Source of the DNA: an uncultured Planctomycetota bacterium
Lineage (GTDB): Bacteria > Planctomycetota > Planctomycetia > Isosphaerales > Isosphaeraceae
Reading direction: 5' to 3'
Assembly (NCBI GenBank): GCA_963845755.1
Contig: CAWJTV010000011.1
Span: 736,001-800,000, forward strand
Length of the DNA: 64,000 bases
In this document: positions 9,026-20,260 of the stretch, one piece after another
Numbering within the stretch: position 1 is the first letter of the stretch
Layout of the letters: each line of letters starts with the position of its first letter
The notes under the pieces: generated by a model
The model's input: only the letters and a program-made list of their open reading frames with translations
Told to the model about the DNA's origin: nothing
The model's database searches: none
Position numbers and translations under genes: made by a program

Positions 9026-12018
9026 ATGAACGCGATGTGGGAACTGCTGTCTCGTCCCTCGTCGGCGCTGGCGGTCGACGTCGCGGCGAAATCGACCCTG
9101 GTCCTCGCCGCGGCGGCGGTGTCTGCCCTGATGCTGCGCCGGGCTCCCGCCGCGCTGCGACACCTCGCCTGGTACTTTGGGCTTTGCGGTGCGCTGGTAT
9201 TGCCGATCCTCGCGTTCGCCCTGCCCGGTTGGGCCTGGCCGGTCCTGCCGGCGAATTCCGATGGATCCGTCGTCCCACCGGCGCCGCGGGTTGCCGCATC
9301 GACCCCTCCGACCGTCGGAGCTCAGGAGCCGGCGGCCAGTCCACAGAAGCCGGCGACTCCGCGAGTTGTCGCCTCCCTTGCCCCGTCGCCGCAGCCGACG
9401 ATCGTCGCGCCGGCGCCGGCCCGGGTCGCGTGGCTCGCTCCGTCAACTGCGATCCTATCGGCGTGGTTGGGGATCGCGGCGTTGCTCCTGATGCTTCCCC
9501 TGATCGGCCGGCTCGCCTTGTGGCGGCTGGCGCGCGGGGCGGAGTCGATCGAATCCGGCGAATGGTTCGAGCTGCTGGGCGAGCTCACCGCGCGGGCTGG
9601 GATTGTCGCGGCGCAGTGAGGCTGCTCCGGGGCCGTCAGGCGCTGATGCCGATGACCTGGGGCTGGATCCGGCCCGTCGTCCTGCTCCCCTCGGACGCGG
9701 AGGCTTGGCCGGCGAGCCGGTGGCGCGACGTCTTGCTCCACGAGCTGGCCCATGTCCAGCGGCTCGACTGCTTGACCCAGGCCATTGCCCAGGCGGCGTG
9801 TGCACTCTACTGGTTCAACCCGCTGGCCTGGCTGGCGGCTTGGCGGATGCGCTTCGAGCGCGAGCGCGCCTGCGATGATGTGGTCTTGCTCTGCGGCTCC
9901 CGCGCCTCGGACTACGCCGCGCATCTGCTCGACCTGGCCCGGTCGCTCCGATCGCGGCATCGCCATTCGCTGGCCGCCCTGGCGATGGCGCGGCCATCGC
10001 ACCTGGAAGGGAGACTTCTTTCGATCCTCGACGCGGGCTGTCCACGGCGCGGGCTGACCCGACCGACGGTCGCCCTGGGCCTGATCGCACTGATGGCCTT
10101 GATCCTGCCCCTATCGGTCGTGCACCTGGGCGTCCGGTCCGCGGCGGCGTTGCCGGTGCGGGGCCAGGCCCGAGCGGCAACCGCGAAGGACGAGGCCCCG
10201 GCCGAACCGCGCCGGACCGTCACCGGCTTCGTGCTCGACGAGAAAAACAAACCGATCTCCAGTGCCCGGGTGGCTGTCATCGCTGAGCGTCGCAAGCAGG
10301 TCGGGATGGCCACCTCCGGCGCCGATGGACGATTCCAGGTCGAGTTCCCGACCATTCCGCCCGCGCGGAGGGCGAGGCTGAGCATCATCGCGGCCGCGCC
10401 GGGCTACGCCTTCGACGGCAACGAGCTCAAGGTCGACGCTGTGAGCCAGGAGACGACGATCACGCTCGATCCCGAGCGGGTCGTCGAGGGACGATTGGTT
10501 GAACGTGCAGAACCAGCCCGCGGCGGGGGTCACGGTTCGTATCAGTAATCTGAACATACGATCTCTTGCCTATGATCCTTACGATACCAACGGGGAGATG
10601 ACGCTCTGGCCGGGCCAGGCGACGACCAACAGCGACGGCCGGTTCCGACTGCCCGGTCTGGCGCGCGGGCGGCGATCACGCTCGAGATCGCGGACCCGCG
10701 ATTTGCACACCAGACGCTCGCGATTGCCGCGGGCGACGAGGGGCGGAGCAAGCCGAAGACGCTGTCGCTACTCCCCGCGCAGACGATTGACGTCCGGGTC
10801 GTCCACGACGACGACGGTAAGCCGGTGGCCGGGGCGCAGGTCTACGTCCGGGCCGAGCGTCGCAATCCGTTTTCCTTCGGCAACGAGACCGATGCGAAGG
10901 CCGACGCTCAAGGCCGCGTGCAGATCGCCGCCTGGCCGGGTGACGCCTTCCGGGTCACCGCGTATCCCCGAGAGGGCGAGGCGTATCTCCGCCGCGAGGC
11001 GTATCTGGATTGGCCCAAGGGGGCCGTGCAGCAGGCCGTCGAGGTGAGGCTCAGGCGTGGCGCGGTGGTGCATGGGAAGCTCGTCGAGGAACCGTCCGGC
11101 AAGGGCGTGGCCGGCGCGAAGGTCTCCTATTACCAGACGCGTCGCAACAACCCGCTCTACGCCCACTCGTTCAACCGCGACACAAACAGCGGACCCGACG
11201 GGACATTTACCCTGGTCGTAGATTATGGTCCGGGCCACTTGCTCGTCCAGGGGCCCAGCGACGATTACATCAACCTGCCGACCAGCTTCAGCGAGATGGG
11301 GATCCTCTTGCTGCCCGATCTCCCGCTCTACCCGGACGCGCTGGCCCACCTGGACATCAAACCGGGCACGGCCACGCACGAGATCACGATGCGGCTGAGG
11401 CGCGGGGTGACCGTCCAGGGGCGGGTGATCGGGCTCGACGGCAAGCCGAACTCCGACGCGTTCGGGCTGAGTCGGGCCTACACACCTCACAGCGAGCAGG
11501 GCATCCCATTCACGCACTTCAGCCCCGGCATCGCCCCGCGTATCGGGGTCAAAGACGGGCGGTTCGAGGTCCCCGGCTGCGACCCGGAGAAAACGTTGCC
11601 TTACCACTTCCTGGACCGGAAGCATCAGCTCGGCGCCACGGCGGAAATCTCGGGCAAGTCCACTGCAGCCGATCCGGTCACGGTGCGGCTCCAGAAGTGC
11701 GGCTCGGCTCGCGTGCGCCTCAAGGACGCCGAGGGCAAGCCGCTCGTGAATTATCCCGCCGACGAGCACCCCTACATGATCTTGCTCATCACTCCGGGGG
11801 CCGACTGGGGCTCGTCGAAGGGGACCAACGCGGACCAGGAGTATCAAGTCAACCTGGCCCCGGAGGATAATTGGAACCTCCACACCGGCCCCGACGGCCG
11901 CGTGACGCTCGTCAACCTGATCCCCGGCGCATCCTACCGGTATCGCGGCGTCGAGTTCACGGCCGAGGCCGGCAAGTCGATCGAGCTGCCGGATATCACC
12001 GTCGGAGGGCGGAAGTGA
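9026..12018 (+). CDS. BlaR1-type M56 membrane metallopeptidase with C-terminal carboxypeptidase-regulatory-like repeats (frameshifts ~9610, ~10500, ~10670)
   Basis: KSTLVL..RRAPAALRHLAW; PMTWGWIRPVVLLP, HELAH, YWFNPLAW, ERERACDD; C-terminal DWPKG...GPSDDY...LIPGASY is shared with the ECF array. Confidence 0.85.
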
Positions 12019-12072
12019 GCGATCTGCGAGGTCGTTGGAGGCGACGTCGCGAGTCCACGCAGGACCGGCTAG

Positions 12073-12390
12073 GATTCAGGATTCGAGATTCGAGATTCGA
12101 GATTCGGGATTCGAGATTCGAGATTCGGGATTCGAGATTCAGAGTCTGTCCCAGAAGGGGCCGGGTCGGGCGAGCGGGGGGCGTCAGCCCCCTGTCTTGG
12201 AGGTCCGTCGCTCACCGGACAGGGGGCTGACGCCCCGCGCTCGCCCTTCTGGGACAGACTCTCAGGATTCAAGCTTTGAGATTCAAAGGTTCTTAATTCG
12301 AATATTGAGTCTAGTATTCGCCGGATTCGAGCATTCAAGAATTCGTATCTTGAATCGCGAATCCGGAATCTTGAATCCCGAATCTCGAGT
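12073..12390. repeat. Heptamer tandem repeats (GATTCGA/GATTCGG)n with an inverted block of GAATC-core heptamers
   Basis: About 10 tandem units at 12073-12140, degenerate units after 12265, reverse-oriented units ~12348-12390. Confidence 0.85.
12142..12261. mobile_element. 120-bp MITE with 18-bp perfect TIRs and TCA target duplication (IS5/IS1031-like ends)
   Basis: GAGTCTGTCCCAGAAGGG (12142-12159) / CCCTTCTGGGACAGACTC (12244-12261); TCA on both sides; internal palindrome gcgtcagccccctgtc / gacagggggctgacgc. Confidence 0.8.
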
Positions 12391-12411
12391 TCCCACGTCT
12401 CGTCGTGCCGT

Positions 12412-15259
12412 TCAGCTCGTGGTGTAAGTGCCGTAGATGTTGTTGTTGCTGGTGGAGGCCCGGTTGAGGACGACGGCCGTCTTGGTCAGCGTGGTGGTGC
12501 TGCCGGTGGCGAGATAGAGGCCGCCGCCGATGCCCTGTCCGCCGGTCCCACCCTTGCCGGCGCCGCCGCCCTGGGCGACGTTGAGGGTCACGATCGTGTC
12601 GGCCAGCGCGAGGGTCCCACCGGGCAGCGCGGGGTCGGCCGAATCGTCGGGCCCGGCGTTGTAGACGGCGCCCCCGAGCCCGTCGCCGCCGGCGCCGCCG
12701 CCCGAGCCACCGGCGCCGCCCTGGGCGGCGTTGAGCGAGAGGAGGCCGTCCGAGATGCTCAGCGAGGATCCCGCGTCGTTATACGCGGCGCCGCCGGCGC
12801 CGGTGCCGCCGTCCCCGCCGCCCGCGCCTCCGGATCCGCCCTGGGCGAGGTCGCCGAGCAGGCCGACGTTCGAGGCGGTCACGGTCGAGAGGCTGGACAC
12901 AAAGTAATAAGTGCCAGTGTTGAAATCGTAGAGTTCGAGATCCTGGCCGACCGTATAAAGACCACCGCCCTCGCCCGCGCCGCCGCCGGAGGTACCGGCG
13001 CCGCCCGCGCCGCCGACGGCCTGATCGTCGGAGAGGAACCCGCCGGAGAGCGTGGCGTCGCTGCCGGAGTTCGCCAGCCCGCCGCCCTGGGCCAGGCCGC
13101 CCGCGCCGCCGGTCGCACCGCTCCCGCCCGCGCCGCCCTGGGCCTGGTTGCCGGATACGGTGACGTTGGTGGCGGACAAGGTCGTGGGGAGGACCGTCTC
13201 AACGTAGTTACCGGTGGTGGGGTCGAAGTCGAAAGCGATGATCGCCGTGGTGGAGATCCCCGCGCCCTGGGCGGATCCCCCGGCACCACCGATCCCGCTC
13301 GAGGCGCCGGCGCCGCCCGCACCGCCGATCGCCTGATTGCCGTTGACCAGCTCGGCGGAGAGCGTGAGGGCGCCGCCGGCGGCATAAATGCCGCCTCCCT
13401 GCGCGGACCCTCCCGCGCCGCCATTGCCGCCCGAGGCACCGGAACCCCCCGCGCCGCCGAGGGCCTGGTTGCCGGAGACCCGGCCGCCCGAGAGGCTGAC
13501 GGTCCCGCCGAGATCCAGGCCGCCGCCCTGGGCCGATCCGCCCGGGCCACCGCTGCCGGTCGACCCGCTCCCCCCCGCGCCACCCTGGGCCAGGTTATTC
13601 GAGACCACCGTGTTGGTGAGGAAGATCTGTCCGTCGAGGCTCAGGCCGCCGCCGATGCCCGAGCTGCCGAACGAGCCGAGCGAGGCCGCGCCGCCGATGG
13701 CCTGGTTGTCGCTCACCGTGCTGTCCGAGATGGTGAGGTCCGCGCCACCGGAGTCGATGCCGCCCCCGAGACCTTCGCCAGTGAAACCGCCGCCGCTGTC
13801 GCTGCCGCCCTGGGCCACGTTGCCCTTGATCGTGGTCTGGGCGATCGTGCTGGCGGGAGTGGCGGCGCCGCCGCCGATGATGTCGATGGCTCCCCCCTCA
13901 GCGACGCTACCGCCCCCACCCTGGCCGCCGCCGCCGATGGCCTGGTTGTTCGTGAACGCGCTGCCGGTGACGCTCAAGGTGGCGACAATCGTCACGCCAT
14001 CAAACGTGGAAGTTCCCTGCTCGAAGAAGAGGGCGCCGCCGTCGCCCTCGCCACCCGAGCCCTGGCCGAAAATGCCGGCGGAGCCGAGGCCGCCCTGGGC
14101 GAGATTGCCGTTGAAGGCACTGTCGCTGATGGTCAACGCGCCGACCTCCGAGTTGATGGCCCCGCCGAGCGCAGTCCGATCCATCGCCGATGATCCCGGT
14201 GCCGTTGGGGCCGCCGAGGGCCTGGTTATCCGAAAGCGTGGAATGGACGATCGTCAGCGCGGTGCCTTCGTTCATGATGGCGCCCCCGTCAGCCAGGCCG
14301 AAGGGCCCCCCGGTCCCGCCGATGGCCTGGTTGCCATCGAGCGTGCTGCCGCTGACGGTCAGCGTCGTGCCGCCTTCCATGAACACACCGCCGCCGAAAG
14401 CGGAGCCGCCGCCGAAAACGGAGCTTCCCGAGGGGGAGCCGCCGATGGCCTGGTTGTCGCTCACCGTGCTGTTGACCAGGCTCACGGTCGAGGGACCATT
14501 GCCCGGATTCAGTTCGTAGATCCCACCGCCGAAGGCGTCGCCGCCCTGCCCACCGATCCCGCCATAGGCCAGGGCCTGGTTGTCGGTCACCGTGCTGTCG
14601 GTGATCGTCATGAGACCGTTGTTGGCGATCCCGCCGCCCTGGGCCCCGAAGCCTAGCGTGCTGGCGACCGACGTGTTGCCGGAGATAGTGCTGCCCAGGA
14701 TCGTCATCGTGGCGAGGTTCGCGTTATCGATACCGCCGCCGATGCCGGGGAACACGACGAAGCCCGGCTGGCCCGCGTTCGCCTGGTTGTCGGTCACGGT
14801 GCATTTCTCGACCGTCAGCGTGCCCTGATTGCTAATCCCGGCCCCGTCGGAGGCCAGGCCGTCGGTGATCGTCAGGCCCGAGATGGTGACGTTGGCGCCC
14901 GGATCGATCTGGAAGACCCGGCTGGAATCGTCGCCGCTGACGGCCAGTTCGTCCGCACCCGGGCCATCGATGGTGATGCCCTGAGAGATCTCCAGCTCGC
15001 CGCTGGTCAGGGTGATCGTCTGGCCGCGGAGATGGTGGGCGAACTTGATCGTGTCGCCGCTGGAGGCGTCGGCGATCGCCTGGCGGAGCGAACCGGAACC
15101 GCTGTCATCCGTGTTGGTGACGGTCAGCGTGCTGAGCAAGGCGCGGACTTCGAGCGCATCAAGCGCCGGGGCGAAGCGTCTGCGGCGCGCGTGGGCAGCG
15201 CGGCGGTCCGAGCGGACGACGTTCCGTGGCGATGAAGATGCATGGTCAAGAAACTTCAT
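12412..15259 (-). CDS. Gly-rich exported beta-helix/adhesin-like protein with LEPRxLL-type leader (frameshift ~14170-14190)
   Basis: RRRRFAPALDALEVRALLSTLTVTNTDDSGSGSLRQAIADA; many NQA(I/L/Q)GG-xGG repeats across ORFs 14000-15289 and 12412-14184. Confidence 0.8.
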
Positions 15260-15662
15260 GTGCAGTACTCCTTGGCTGCAAGTCGTCATGTGCGTTCAGA
15301 ACAGGGGACACCGAACCTGACGAGACCGTGAGACCGTGGCTCGGCCGCGATTCCGGAACCTTGGGCCGTGCGAGAAGATCTTTCTCTATAGGGAGGGCGC
15401 CATCTGGCTTCGGAGAGGGCGCGCCGAACGTCGGACTTTCTGGTTTTTCGGCTCTTTTTCCAGGTTACAAAGCTTTATTTTATTGTTATTTCTAGTATAT
15501 TAATTTATTATTATATTTATTCATGTTATAATTGGTGAGTCTGGAAGGACACATTCGGTGTGACGGCGCAACTCGAGCGGGCCGCGGCCCGAGCAATGGC
15601 GGCGGCTTTCGTCAGAGTGCTGTCTCGGTGTCCACGTCAATCAGGCGTTCCGGCCTGGCGTC

Positions 15663-18600
15663 TCACGACGTCGGGCTGGGAAGCCTGAATTGTTTTCTTC
15701 GCGCAGTCGTCTTCTCCAGATGCTCGGGCTGCCGCGGGTCGCGGCGGGTCTGCCCGAGGAGGTCGGTGGCCTCGGCGCGGATGCGCCGGGCGACCTCGTC
15801 CCAGGGGACGGTTTGCATCCATTGGTCGGTGCGGACGAAGGCGTCCCGGGCCCGGTCGGGGTGGCCGAGCCGGTGGTGGGCCATCGCCAGGAAGAAGCCG
15901 TAGTAGAGGAGGTCATCGTGGTTGAGCGCTGCGGCGCGGTCGAGCGCGTCGATCGCGTCGGGATCGTCGCCGGTGCGGTAATGCGCGGCGCCCAGGGTGG
16001 CCCAGGCGACCCAGGAGTCGGGCGCCCGCTCGAGAATGTGGTGGACGATCCGGATGGCCTCGGCGGGGTCGCGAAGCTCGGCGACGGGGCAGCCCACGAG
16101 GAACCAGGCGAGGTGGTGCGGGGCCGTCGGATCGCCGCCGGGCCGGGCGGCCTCGTGGAGCAGGTCGAGCGCGCGCCGGGCGTAGGAGCGGGCGATCGTT
16201 GCGCGGCGGTCGGAGGCCAGGGTTTCATCCCGGGCCGCCAGGGCCGCGCAGCTCGTCAGCCAGTTCGCGGCCAGCGCGGCGACCGCGACGCGATCGGTGG
16301 AGTCGCGGAGCAAGTCCTCGGCCACGTCCGCAGCCGCGGCGTGAGCCCCGAGCCGGATCAACACGGCATTGAGCGTCTCGCGCTGAGCCCTCAGTCCCGC
16401 GCGGACGGTCGGATCGTGCGGACTCAATCGCACGGCCTCCTGCTGGGAGGCGACGGCTTCCTGCAAGAGGTCGCGGGCGGCGGCGAAGTCGCCCCGCCCG
16501 GCCAGGAGCGAGCCCCGGTGGAACCGGGCCAGGGCAATCGCGGCGCGGTCGTCGGCGCGATCGGGCTGTTGGGCGGCCAGGATCTCGGACAACTCCCCGG
16601 CTCGCGCGAAGAGGGGTTCGGCTTCGAGGGAACGGCCGGCGGTCCAGAGCCATTTCGCCAGGTTGAGCACCGTGAGGGCTAGCTCCTGGCGGAACTGGGG
16701 TACCTCGGGTGCGTCGGCTGCCAATCGATCGTAGAGCTCCAGGGCGCGGCGGAGGGCGCGCTCGGCTTCCGCTTTCCCTTCGGGCTTCTGGGCCAGGAGA
16801 TTGCCCAGGGCCCGGAGCGACCGGGCCAGCTCCTGGCGGTAGACGGGGACGGCCGGGTCGCCCTGGACCAGGTCCTGGTACCGTTTCACGGCGTCGCGGT
16901 AGGATTGCTCCGCCTCGTTCGACTGGCCGGTCTGGGTCAGCAGGATCCCCAGGTTGCCATGCAGGCCGGCCTCCATCTTCAGGCCGCGGAGTCCGCCGAT
17001 CGCCTCGGCCAGCTCGATGGCCTTGCGATAGGCGGTCTCTGCCTGGCGGAGCCGGCCGGTCTGGCGGCTGAGCAGGATGCCGAGGCGGTGGTAGGCGGAG
17101 GCCAGGAGCGGGCGGTTGGCCGGAGTGTCGGCGGTGCCGTTCACGAGTGCCTGGGTCAGCTCCGCGGCGCGGCGAAGGGTGCGATCGGCCTCATCGGGGC
17201 GGTTCGTGTCGTTCAACAAGCTGCCCAGACCGCTGTAGCTCCGGCCGAGGGATTCCCGGACCACGTCGGCGGCCGAGGTGCCATCGGGCTCGGTGCGCCC
17301 GCCAGCGCCCCGGCAGGGATGGCTTCCAGCACCAGGATGGCCTGCCGGTAGGCCCGTTCGGACTCATCCGTTCGACCGAGTTTCCGCTGGATCTCCGCCA
17401 CGCGAAAGGCGGCCTCGCCGGCCTCGGCGCGGACGGACGGATCCGGGTCGTTTTCGAGGGCGAAGCTCCGGTAATACTCCAGGGCCTTGAGCAGGAACTC
17501 GCGCTGACGCGGCTGCAAGTCGGGCTGCTGGCCCAGCCAGTCTTCGGCGAAGTCGGTATACCATTCCTTGATGGCGCGTCGTGCTGCGTCGCGCTGCAAC
17601 CGGGTCGCGTGGTGAGACCGCTCGATCTCGGTCTGTTCGGCCAGCACGACGAGAATGCCGGCGGTCAGGCCCAGGACCATGACGGCCAGCATCGGCAGGG
17701 CGACGAGGATGGCCGCGGTGTGTCGTCGGGCCCACCGCGACCAGCGTTCCAGCGGGCCGGGCGGCCGGGCCAGGATCGGCCGGTCGTCGAGGAAGCGGCG
17801 TAGGTCGTCGGCCAGCTCTTGGGCCTTGGCATAGCGGCCCGCCGGGTCCTTGGCCATCGCCTTGACGACGATCGTCTCCAGGTCCCGCGGCACGGCCGGG
17901 TTCAGCGCGGGGCCGGCGCGGTTCTTCCTGGGCGATCTTCCGGAACAGCTCCTGGCGGTCGGTACCGGCAATGGCCGGCCGGAGCGTCAACAGCTCGTAA
18001 AGGGTCGCACCCAGCGAGTACACGTCGGTCCGCTGGTCAACGACGGCCCGGTTGGCCTGCGCCTGCTCGGGACTCATGTAGCGCAGGGTGCCCACGAGGT
18101 CGCCGGTGGCCGTCAGGCTCTCCTCGCTCTGGAAGCGGGCCAGCCCGAAGTCGGTGACCCACAAGTGACCGCGGCCATCGACGATCAGATTCGACGGCTT
18201 CACATCGCGATGGAGCACCCCTTGCTGGTGGGCGTGCTCCAGGGCCTCGGCGGCCTGGAGGCCCAGCCGGGCAGCCTCCAGGAAGAAAGTGCGGTGGCGC
18301 ATCGAGGTGGTCGACGAGACCGCGGCGGAATCCCCTGGGGTCATCGCCCGTCGGGTTCGACCCCAGCCACCCCGGGTCTTTCTGAGAGGGACGGGGGTGG
18401 CTGGGGTCAGGCCGGCGCTGCCGGCGCTGCCCCCAGGAGGTCCCTCCGGTGTCGCCAGGGATAAGATCAAGGTTGACCCACTCGCCGCGCCATCCTCCTG
18501 TTTGGAGAGCTCGGCGATCCGGTCGGCGAGGGTCGGTCCGTCGATGAGCTGCATGGCGTAGTAATGGACGCCGCCCTGGCAGCCGACCGAGTAGACCGGC

Positions 18601-19191
18601 ACGATGTGCGGGTGGTTCAGTTGCGAGGCCGCCTGGGCCTCGACGCGGAACCGGGCGATCTGTCGTGGGTCGATGGCGGCGGCGAAGGGGAGGACCTTCA
18701 GCGCCACGCGGCGGCCCAGGGAGTGTTGCTCGGCCTCGTAGACCACGCCCATCCCGCCGCGGCCCAGCTCGCGGATCACGCGGAAGTCGCCGAGCCGGGG
18801 ACCGTCCGCCGCTTCGCCGGGCGGCTCGGTAACAGGAGGGTGGAGGCCATCGGCCGGGCGGCTCGGTGGCGACCCTTCCCGTGCCCGGAGACCCGCGGCG
18901 AACAGGGAGTTGATCGGCATCGGCGCGGTCCTCGTTCGGGTCGTCGAACTGGAGCGGCCGCGGGTGGAGGGCCAGTGCCTCGGCCGCCGCCTCGACGAGG
19001 TGGAGGCCCTTGAGGCAGGCGCGCAGCCGGGTGGCGATGGCCGGGTGCCGGCCCACCCATTCTTCCAGGTCGACCGGCCGGCCGGCCTCGACCTCGGCGA
19101 GGTAGGCGTCGAGGACCCGGGCCAGCTCGCCCTCGCCCTCCGCCTCGCTGAACCCGGCCTCGTTGATCGGGTCTGGGCCTTCGGGGTTCAT
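15663..19191 (-). CDS. Ser/Thr protein kinase with TM segment and C-terminal TPR repeats (frameshifts ~18920, ~17910, ~17270)
   Basis: LGRGGMGVVY, VALKVL, HRDVKPSN, TDFGLA, GTLRYMSPEQ, DVYSLG; TPR-like AEQSYRDAV/LAWFL repeats; ATG overlaps the ECF stop (ATGA). Confidence 0.88.
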
Positions 19192-19799
19192 GATCGACCC
19201 TCCATCGCCGCGCTGAGCCGTTCCAGCGCCCGGGTCCAGAGCATCCGGACCGCGCCGGGCGAGCGGCCCATGCGCACCGCGACCTCTTCGAACCGGAGCC
19301 GTTCCAGGTTCCGCAGGATGATCACCTCGCGATAGTCGGGCGGCAGGCCGGCCAGGGCGTCGGCCAGCAGGACCGCCTGCTCGCGCCGGGCCGCCGCCGC
19401 GCTGGGCGATGAGGTCGTCGCCATCAGGGCCTCTTGCACCCGGGCGCCGGACCGTTCCAGGACCACCTCGAGCGACTCCTGCCGACGATAGTCCCGCAGA
19501 CCGGCCTTCTGGTGCCGTGCCTGGTCCGCCAGGTTGCGTGCCAGAATCCGTCGCAGCCATGCCAGCAGCTCCCGCTCGGTCGAACCTTCGAACTGGGGGA
19601 AGTCCCGGTGTGCCTCCAGGAAGGTCTCCTGAACCAGGTCGGAGGGATCCAGGCGCAGACGCAGGTTCGTTCCGATCAGGGTGCGCGCCAGCAGCCGGGT
19701 GTAGTTGCGATACAGCGCTAGCAGTTCCCCGAACGCCTCGAGGTCTCCGGCCCGAGCCTGCACCAGCAACTCTTCGGGCGTTCGGCTCGCGTCCGCCAT
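19188..19799 (-). CDS. ECF sigma-70 factor, planctomycete kinase-associated type
   Basis: LDPSDLVQETFLEAHRDF...LLAWLRRILARNL; region 4 LPPDYREVIILRNLERLRFEEVAVRMGRSPGAVRMLWTRAL. Confidence 0.9.
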   Translation of the reverse strand: MADASRTPEELLVQARAGDLEAFGELLALYRNYTRLLARTLIGTNLRLRLDPSDLVQETFLEAHRDFPQFEGSTERELLAWLRRILARNLADQARHQKAGLRDYRRQESLEVVLERSGARVQEALMATTSSPSAAAARREQAVLLADALAGLPPDYREVIILRNLERLRFEEVAVRMGRSPGAVRMLWTRALERLSAAMEGRS

Positions 19800-20260
19800 C
19801 GTTGAGGATCTCCACCGGGAATCAGGCGAAGGGCACGCGGGGATTGTCACGGTCCCGAATTTCGTTTTCCGGTGAAGACCGAAGCCATCGGAGGTCGCCG
19901 TTCACGGGATACGGAACATTGACGTTCAAGTCGGCCTGACTGCATGCTGATTCATCATAACAAGAAATCCTGGTTCGCTGTCGGCAAGGGTGATGGAGTT
20001 CGCCCAAACGTCGAACCACCCCGATCGAGATTACTGTGGGGTGCATGGAAAGGTGGTGGGACCTGCCAATTCCAGGGGCATGATTTGCGCCGCAAGTTGG
20101 GATACGATAGAGCGCTTTCGCCACGGAATTCCCTGGGGTCGAGCCGGCTCCGCCGGCGCAGCCCCCCGGACGGGCCGAGGCGACGAACAGGTTCACCTTA
20201 GTGATCGGCAGACCCGCGCCGAACCGCAGTGTGTCGCTTACCCAGGAGATATTCCCGGCC

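Noticed and set aside
12035..12427. ORFs with RDSRFEI repeats
   Set aside because: Translation of the non-coding heptamer array and MITE
12412..14184. Mycobacterial PE_PGRS protein
   Set aside because: No PE domain; the N-terminus is a planctomycete-type LEPRxLL leader and the resemblance is compositional
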